Shown piece after piece: positions 54,894-64,000 of a stretch of DNA of 64,000 nt. Source of the DNA: Octopus vulgaris. Taxonomy: Eukaryota. Position 1 is the stretch's first letter. The number at the start of each line of letters is the position of its first letter. A program made the translations under genes and the position numbers. The stretch is from assembly GCA_951406725.2 (NCBI GenBank), contig OX597830.1:49166001-49230000 (forward strand), given 5' to 3'. The notes under the pieces are model-generated. The model worked only from the letters and a program-made list of their open reading frames with translations, was not told where the DNA came from and did not search any database.

Positions 54894-55328
54894 TATAATA
54901 GTAATGATAATCGATTAACAGAAGATGGAATTGGTAGAACTCTTCATTTTGTACGACGATCACTTTGACCCATCCTTGCAACTCTACTTTATAGGTGAGA
55001 TGCTGTGCATCATATTATGGTTGCATCAGGTGGCCCAGATTGAACCAGGCCTTTACTCAACATATCAACACACTAATTGACGTATACTCATTAGACCCAG
55101 ATATTATATATATGTGTGTGTGTAGCTCTTTACTCTTGAAGTGCATCTGCCTATTCCATTAATACAATCAATATGTTTCCATTATTATAAAATCTTGTGT
55201 CTGACGATTTCTCTAATAGGAAATTCCTTCCATGTCCATATAACATGTACATCTTTGTGATTGCTATTAGAGAATAAAAAACGTGTAATAGAGAATAAAT
55301 TATTCCAAAGCAATTTCATTTTCCTATT

Positions 55329-55384
<56 letters not shown>

Positions 55385-56079
55385 AATGTAAGGGAGATCA
55401 ATTAGGCAAATCTAGGCAAATTAACTTGGAAGCATCTCTGCGTATCTTTGGCTAGCAGATGACTCCGAAATTATTCCAGGTCCTCCAACTGTCAGTATAG
55501 CAGTTAATACAAAATTAAAATGTTGGTTACTTGCCATGGGTATCCTGTAAATCCGTCTATGTATCGGAGGCATAAGAGAGTAAGCATAAAAGAATGGATA
55601 CTCGAAAAATCTACCGAACAACGGCTGTGTATCACGTGAAGACAGTGGATGGTTAATTCGGATTGACGCGATGTTTTATAATGTACTTTGCATTGTAATA
55701 AGTAATCACTCTACCGAAACGCGGGTACTGTAGTTATGTCTTGAACTATCCATTCTGTTTTGTTTACTATATATCAATCTATCATTTTGATAAATATGAT
55801 TCTCTATTTATACATAAATAAGTTGAAAAAAAACTGTATATTCATCTAACGTGTTGAAAACTGATCATTAAAATTGAATATATTTTATCAAGCGACAGAT
55901 GCATCGTTATAATATAAACTGGAATTTGTGGGGAATGAAAATAAATCAAGACGTATATATTAAGCTGTATTTATGTTTGAATACACCCTGCACACTCACA
56001 TACACACACACGCACACAAACCAGACACGCACACAAACCACACACGCACACGTACTTGGTCATATAGCCATAGAAATAC

Positions 56080-56235
56080 ATGTGTGGCTTTGTGACAGGA
56101 AGCTTACTTCCTAACCACTTGGTTCCGGGTACAGTCCCTGTGCTTTCCACTCTGTGCAATTGATTTCTGCTTTAGCTCCGGGACGACAAAAACTTCTTGG
56201 GTAAATTTAGAACACGGAAAGTGAAGGAAACCCGT

Positions 56236-56289
<54 letters not shown>

Positions 56290-56749
56290 TGTGTGTGTGT
56301 GTGTGCATTCATATGTGTGTGTTTGACTGTGAAAGTCTTTGTGCTTAACAACAAATGCTTATGTGTTCACGTCCCCATAACTTAGCGGCTAGACAAAAGA
56401 GAGCAATGTAATAAGTACCGGGCCCAAAGAATAAAAATAAGTACTTAGGTCGATTCGTTTGACTAAATTTCCTCTTGGGGGTGGGGGGCGCCAGACCGTG
56501 GTCACAGTGTGTGTATGTTTGTGTGTGTTTGTGTGTGTGTTTGTGTGTGTGAGAGAGTATCTGTCCTCCAGCACCACTTCACTTCCCATGCCATTTCGTT
56601 TACGTAGCTGTAGCTTAGTAGTTCGGCATACAGACTGACGAAGGAAGTACCAGGTTTCAAAAATTTAATACTGGTTTCGATTTCTTCGACTAAACTGTCA
56701 AGGTAGTGTTCCAACGTGGCCGCAGTCTAATGATTGAGACAGGTAAAAG

Positions 56750-56750
<1 letters not shown>
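56080..56750 (+). mobile_element. Old SINE family A-related copy with duplicated 3' half and expanded (TG)n
   Basis: Head at ~56080-56240; 3' parts at ~56345-56500 and ~56590-56750. Confidence 0.7.
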
Positions 56751-56789
<39 letters not shown>

Positions 56790-57221
56790 TTACTATATAA
56801 AACTAACTTACACCAAATTTATAAATAGATGGCAGAATCAAGTGCGTAGCAAAGAGCCAATCATACATAACAGTGAAAGATCACAATTTAATTCTGGACT
56901 CCAAAAGAAGAAGAATAAAACATTGTAAGAGAGACATAGGCAGAAACAACAGAAATACTTAGCAAATAACAACGCCAAAATCTCCTAATATGATAATGAA
57001 CGTAGTGTTTATATTATATATATATAATATATGTATATATAGTCTGCAGGAACTTCCTGGATTTTCCTGAAGAGAAAGCTGCATAATGGACTCCTTATTC
57101 ATTCGGAATTAGGTATTTTGCAGACTTCGAAACATATGTCGAAAATAAAAATAAAGGAATTTTGTTAAATCTTCGTTCAGCTCCATTCTTTCCTATACTT
57201 ATATATATATATATATATACG

Positions 57222-57303
<82 letters not shown>

Positions 57304-57448
57304 TGTTTGTGTGAGTGAGTGTGTGTGCGTGTGTGTGTCCAGAATCACGCCAGACGCGGAGGAGGACGAGAGAAAATAGCAATTCAGTGAAGGAGCAGTA
57401 GTGAGAGTAATAGCGCTGACTGAGAGAGAGAGAGAGAGTGAGAGAAAG

Positions 57449-57512
57449 GAAAGGGGTGATAAATGAATAAGGAAGAAAGGGGTGATAGATGAATAAGGAA
57501 GAAAGGGGTGAA
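57449..57512. repeat. 26-bp tandem repeat x2.4, GAAAGGGGTGATA(A/G)ATGAATAAGGAA
   Basis: Units start at 57449, 57475 and 57501. Confidence 0.85.
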
Positions 57513-58199
57513 AAAAAATCAGCGTTATAACTTTGTGTGAGTATATGTGTGCATGTGTGTGCGTCTACAAGGGAAGTGTGTGAATGTGTGTATGTGTGAT
57601 TATTATGTACCTTATTTTGTACATTATTTATATATAAAATATAATAATTAGCCGTCATTATTGACAGAACGTGGTCAGCTAGTAAATTAAGAAATCGTAT
57701 TTACACAATGAAGTAATATTATCTGTCATACAACGACAGTAAGTGTTGTATGGTCACAGTCTTCGGCATCAGTAATATATTCCTCTATTTGAAACTCATG
57801 CCATAAATCTCACCAAAAACTCATTTGAACCAAAGAAAGACAAAATAACAGAATTAAACGTGAAATGAAGTCGCGTTTTTCTACGACTGCACAACCGATG
57901 TAAAAATAGAAATTGATGAATCCTTCTACGCCACCACTGAAGTGGAGCATACGCATTGGTAGTGTTAACCCTCCTGGAATGAATGAATAAAATTTCTATT
58001 AAACGCAGTATACGTCTATTCCGTGAGTTTAGCCTACTTATCATTAAAAAATATAAGGCGGGAAGTTGGTTAAGAATGGGGAAACCACATAAATGCCCTC
58101 GAGAACCTAAAATATCCTGACAAGCAAACCTAATCATATCAAATTATTGTAACGTAACATTAAGAATAATCGTTTTGGGTGTTTAGATTACAAAGAAAA

Positions 58200-58450
58200 A
58201 GAGCACCAACAAAATAAAATCCCCACCAATAATAAACTGAACAACATGAGATGGAGATTCTCCTCAGTTTTGCCCGATAAAGAAATATTCAACCATGCAG
58301 CATCCTTCTATAAAGAAACCTTAAACGCCAGCATTTTTCAAGAATAAAATCTATAATTAATATCGAAATCCATGCAAGCGACTATAAAAAAATAAGGATT
58401 ATCATCTTGTACAACCCACTTTCAGCTCTAAAACAAGTTTATTTTCAACA
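58200..58450 (+). mobile_element. Degenerate Penelope-like element fragment (RT thumb/linker)
   Basis: Reads ..PDKEIFNHAASFYKETLNASIFQE* and ..RIIILYNP.., resembling the Penelope motif SxxEIFxxAAPxYxxALxxSGF..RKIIWFNPP. Confidence 0.6.
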
Positions 58451-59454
58451 AATGGTTTAAACATCACATATATAAAAAAACAAAAATGCAAAAGCGGAAA
58501 CGAGCTAATTGGCTCCTACTCGCAAAAATAGGAATCCGTGACTAAAAGATTTATCAAGAAAGCATTCCAGTTAAGATAATCGTTTTTTTTTTTATGGAAT
58601 AGAATCCAGTAAGGCTTGCCACTTTGAAGACCGAAGAGCGTGATTTGAGGAACATGAGGCTGCAATGTCTTGCAGTTTCCTCAAAGCCTCGTTACTTAAA
58701 AACACGTGTAATTTTATGCTGTATGCAGCTGATAAGTGGGTGATATATTAATGCTTTGGTAATTTTAATTCATGGTAATTATAACCAAAATTAAAAGAAA
58801 CAGTCATGAGGAAAATGACTAAATATAACACCGAAATTAAAATTTAGTGGGGAGTGATAGAATGTAATGGTGCAATGTTCTGACGATCGATAAAATAGTT
58901 TCTGTATTATGCTGGTCTCATTAGCGAGAATTATTTCTATTAGTACTTTCAGATGTTAAGATGATAGAAACACTCCTACTTTGCATCATACCATTCCGTT
59001 TTAATTAATCGTAATTTTGGGTTTGCTTCTCCTGTCTATGTCCATAATTTAATAATTATCTTACACTTTCCTCATTATGAGCGTAATTGTAATTAAAATT
59101 CCTTTGTTCAGTACTTGAAATATGTGAGCACCGACTTTTTATTTGTTTTTCTACATATGTATTAGGTGTTCTTCATATTTCCAATCCCACACCACACAGT
59201 TATTATTTTAGTCATTTAGAGTTAAACAACAGCTGAACATTCGTGAACTGCCATCTGAAATATTGATGGTTACATTAGCCGTATGTTACCGATGTATATA
59301 CTTCTGTGGTTTATGATATGTATTTCTCTTAACTGATGACAAAGTTAACACCCATAGAAATGAAGATTTGCATTGAATTGACTTTAGTAGATGTCTAAGC
59401 TGCAAGTTAATGTTTACAGCGATAGGAATTGACTAAACTGCATTGTATCTAGTA

Positions 59455-60664
59455 TTAGGCTGTTTCGAAAATAATGGCAGATTTCAGAAACATAATTTTA
59501 TTCTGGAAAAATGAACAATAGAAATGTTTTGATTAATAAAAGTATGAGCCGTGGACATCTATGCATCTCTGCCATCGATCAACAAGATTCTTTATGCCGT
59601 TTTGATAAAAACTTATTGGCTTTGATGTTAACTCTTTGAAAGCTCATTTCACCTCTGATTTGGTCCTGAAAGTTTTACCACTTAAAAACGTGTTTAAAAG
59701 CTAAAAAAATAGCTGTCAGCGGGTGAAAGATGAGGAGAATATGGAGGATGTGAATTTCTGCGGCTTTAGTTTTGCAGATCCACTAATGCAGGTCTCATGT
59801 TTTGCAAGTAAACATGCATTCCAAGGAGTTCATTGCATCTAACCTCTTCTGTAATGATCTGATTGGCTTCCAGAAGGCTGTAATGGACAACACCAATTGC
59901 AGACCACCAGACAGTCACCGTAATATTTTGCTGATCCAACTTTGGATTTGGGAAATGTCTGGGAAACTCATCAAGATCAAGCCATTGACCTGATCGTTAA
60001 GGGTTATCATATAGGTTCCACTTTCCGTCACAAGTGACTATTCGGTCAAGAGAAGGATCATTTGTGTTTTGCAGAAAGAGCATTGAGCACACCTCAAAAC
60101 GCCGATATTTTTGGCTTTCAATGAGCTCATGCGGTACCCATTTACCGAGCGTTTTCACCTAACTAACCTGCTGAAGATTGCATGAGACAATTACAATACC
60201 GACAGCAAGTACCTGAGACATTTCTCTGACACTTTGACGTGGATTTTGTTCAACAGTTGCTTTCAATTGTTCATTGTCAAGACTGCATGACCGTCTCTAC
60301 CTTCTTCATCTTCAAGGCTCTCATCACCACTACAGAATTTCTGAAACCACCTTCATACTGTGCAATCACTTGTGGACCCCTCTCCCCATGCTCTGTTGAT
60401 ATTGGCAGCAGTTTGGACGGCATTGTGCCCAACCTTGAACTCTTGCAAGAAAAGTAAACGAAGGTCCTTTTTTGTCATGTTCATAATTAAGGGCGCCTAT
60501 GCTAGAAGAATGCTTTTTGTCTGAAATAAGCAGAAAATTATTAACGAGCACACATCAATTATTAACTATGTCGAAATTCACCTAATATAGAATTAAAATA
60601 ATTTGATAAAATTGCGTTTCAAAACACAACACGTAGAGCGGCCATTATTTTCGAAACAACCTAA
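59455..60664 (-). mobile_element. Near full-length defective mariner (DD34D), ~1.21 kb, both TIRs and TA TSD
   Basis: TIRs TTAGG(C/T)TGTTTCGAAAATAATGGC (24 bp, 1 mismatch); minus frames give MTKKDLRLLFLQEFKVGHNA..RWFQKF, WVPHEL and RIVTCDGKW; stops, frameshifts and deletions. Confidence 0.93.
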
Positions 60665-62058
60665 TAGATGCTGAAACATTTTAAAGCTGGTGGTTATAGA
60701 CTTGGGAATAAATAGGCCACCGAAGTGATGCCTTTACATAACTTACATATTTGAGCAGGAGATGAACATGAAATCTTGGAAATAGAATCCTATTTTCTTG
60801 CGACTGCATTGATTCCATCGCAAAAATAAATTGAAGAAAAAAAACTGATATTTCCTCTTTGTTCCATCTCCAATTTCAATTTTCTTTTTGGAATGATTCA
60901 GTGAAGTTGTTTAAAGAATAAATAATTTTAGAAATTAATTTAAAAATTTCAGTTTCATTTCTCATCATATTACATTAATGAAATTTCTTCTAGGTGTAAT
61001 TTTCTCTGATGACTTTATATATTTTTATTGCTCTCCATGGATATTTTTATAAGTGAGGACTAAGTACGGTCCATTCCAGTGAATGAATTCAATATGTTCG
61101 CATTAAAAAATAAATTCCGTTAATGAATTTCTCTTCCATGTATTTCTGCGGAGCGACTTGTTGATGATGGTTATAACACAAGTGAAGTGTGTATGTGCAC
61201 CAGTCAAAATTTGTCAGGTAAAAAGTCTCGATTGCTGCAGAAACAGGTAATAAAACTAATCAAATTAAAATTATGCATAGAAATGATATCATTTTATTTC
61301 TTGTGTTCCAAGTAATAGAACAGAAAATAGCAGGTAGAATTCTTCCCCCTCTCATCACACACGCGCACATATATCTTTTTCTCTCTCTCCCTCCCTCTCT
61401 CTCAGACACATACACACGCTCTCTCTTTCACACATGCTTTCTTGTAGTCACCCATGGTTTTAGTTTCTCCCATACAGTCCTCCAATCGCTTTCTTTGTTA
61501 CACTCCTGCACTTTCTTATGCTCTCTTTCTCTCACTTACTTTCACTTTCATTTTCACTCTGAAAATTTAACGATTGCTAAGCAACGCAGAAAAGGACATT
61601 AAAACAACTATGATTCTTCATTGATTTTTCTCTCACATCAAATACAATAATGAAGACAGTGATGAGAGTCAGTGAGTATTTGGCGAGACAGCTTGACGTA
61701 ACACTGCCACATAAAGCTATGACAATAGTTCGCTCGGTGTGGAATACTAAAGGTAGACAATATCTAGGTATGTGATGCTAAAGCTAGGCAACAGTTCGCT
61801 AAGTGTATACTTCAGTTGATAGACTGTATCTCACGCTTAGTTTTGAATAATCTTTTCTAGCACTATAATTCATTGCTTCATCTTTGAATCAACCATTTTA
61901 CTTTTTGTTTTTATCCTACGCCATTTCATCCGCTGAGTTATTTATCAAATTCTTTAACTCATCCTTTCCATATTTAAATTTTCACTTACTCCATAACAAC
62001 CTATTTCCCTCCTGTCTCCTGCACCTGCCTTCGTCTTCCGTTTTTCTGTGAATTTCAA

Positions 62059-62152
<94 letters not shown>

Positions 62153-62162
62153 CTCTCTCTCT

Positions 62163-62226
<64 letters not shown>

Positions 62227-62395
62227 ATAATGGAGTCGAACGAAGATGTTAGCAAAATTCCTTTACACTCGACACGCTTCAGCCGTGTTTCTGACATGAA
62301 TTTGCTACGCTGGTATCGGTTCATCGAATTTTCAATGCTGACGGTAAACATAGGATAATTCATTCACCTATCGAAATATATATATACATATATAT

Positions 62396-63303
62396 ATAGT
62401 CTTCCCGTAAATAATGCGATTTTTATACTTTCGTTTTTCAAAATTCAAATAAACAAAGTCCTTTTTTAAAATATACCCTCCTTTATTTTCTGCAATGCTT
62501 TTCCATCTATCTGGTAGACTTGCAAGATGTCTCTTCGAAAATTCATTTGTCCGAGACGTAAAATATTCCTCCAGTATTGTTCTGCCCTCATCTACAGAAT
62601 TCATACTTTTTTCCGTCCAAGTGATTTTGAAGACAGCGGAATAAATGATAATCAAATGTGGCAATGTAGGTGGGACATCGTTTCCCATTCAAACTGCTCT
62701 ATCCTTTGGAATGTCATTCTCGCTGTATGTGGCTGAGCATTATCCTGATGGAAGAACACTTTTCGTCTTGAAACTTGAAACTAAAGATGGTCATTCTTCT
62801 TCAGCTGGTGTCGATGAATGGTTGAATGCCCAAATCCAAGCTTCTCTACTACTTCCTCATCAGTTACGATGGGATTTTATCCCCCCAGAGTTCGCAGGAC
62901 GTCCTCGTCGAGCTCTACAGATCTTCCAGGACGGGGCTCGTCTTCAGGGCTGTAGTTTCCAGCTCGCAATTTCTAGAACCACCGTTGTCATTGGCTTACG
63001 CTTATTGTCCGTTCCCCATATACTGCATTAATATTCCTCGCACTTACCGTTGCGTTGTAGCATTTATTAAACTCATAAAGCAGCAAAATATGGCGGATAT
63101 GCTCTTTTGTCTCTTCCATTATAGCTTTGAAAAAATTACTGCTAAAATCGAACTGCACTCTTCAAAACGTGCACTAAGAATAAGTAGAAGGTAAAATTAC
63201 TACCTGTATTTTTAGTAAGTTGATGCAGGTAGTTTATTCCGTCCCCTGCTTTTTTTTGTTAATGCAATTGAAAAAAAACCGCATTATTTATGCGATGGCA
63301 CAA
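62396..63303 (-). mobile_element. Internally deleted mariner, ~0.9 kb
   Basis: Imperfect TIRs (TAAATAATGCG.TTTTT / AAAAACCGCATTATTTA); minus frames give MEETKEHIRHIL..YEFNK..EDEPRPGR, FFHQDNAQPH and C-terminal EYFTSRTNEF..LPDRWKSIAENKGGY; no WVPHEL or first-D region. Confidence 0.88.
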
Positions 63304-63329
63304 TACATTGCTTTTCCCTTTGACTCACA

Positions 63330-63389
<60 letters not shown>

Positions 63390-63552
63390 CGCGAAAGTAT
63401 CTAATCAGTGAACTCGAAACAGTTTTGAGCATTTCATAGTCATGTTAATTTGACCAGTTGAGTAAGCAATTCAGTTAACACCGGGACTCTGTAATATGGA
63501 ATACTTAATATATTTCCTTCAACTACAATATGAAATTCTTTGTTTGCAAATT

Positions 63553-63559
63553 CACCACC

Positions 63560-63630
<71 letters not shown>
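63553..63630. repeat. (CAC)n-(TAC)n microsatellite
   Basis: Direct reading. Confidence 0.9.
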
Positions 63631-64000
63631 GTATCTACGTATAGTCTATTACGCAAGAATTAGTTGCCCGAGTGTAGTGGAAGTTTAGTGTAAAGTGTGT
63701 TTGAGTAAACACCAATGCACAAAAACAAAAAAAAAAACAACAAAAATAAAGCTTTAAAGAAGCCCAAATTCTTGTTTTACTTAATTTTGGCAACCTAGGC
63801 TAAATTGAATTTAAGTTTTTAGTTTAGAATCTCAGAAAATTATCTTTCTGCTGTATCTTCCGTTTAATACCATTCTTGAATCGTAAATTTAAAATTTCGC
63901 ACAATTATTTACGCATTCATTCAACACTAAATTTGTTATGTCGTATATATATAGTGAAAATGAAAATGATTGAAGAGATTTCAACACTCTAATGTTTGCA

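Noticed and set aside
62645-63194. 128-aa and 122-aa plus-strand ORFs
   Set aside because: Antisense frames of the defective mariner transposase.

Overview
AT-rich, microsatellite-saturated eukaryotic DNA with (TA)n, (CA)n, (TAA)n and (TATC)n tracts. The repeat repertoire (several tRNA-derived SINE families, RTE, R4/Dong, Penelope-like and mariner relics) suggests a coleoid cephalopod, probably Octopus; this is inference from recalled repeat types, not a search. Almost all ORFs in the track are microsatellite or TE artefacts. The only credible host gene is a small 85-aa minus-strand ORF (29082-29339). It has a strong start context, an N-terminal myristoylation/palmitoylation-type motif and three PKA-type sites, a splice acceptor about 400 nt upstream, and a 12 x 10-bp repeat array in its putative 5'UTR. 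A candidate first exon/promoter lies near 41.5-42 kb. Other notable structure: (TAA)n-embedded R4/Dong LINE 3' ends, multimeric and nested SINEs with clear target-site duplications (TSDs), three long near-perfect palindromes, and scattered degenerate hammerhead-like cores that look like Penelope pseudo-LTR relics. No rRNA, intact tRNA or CRISPR array was found.
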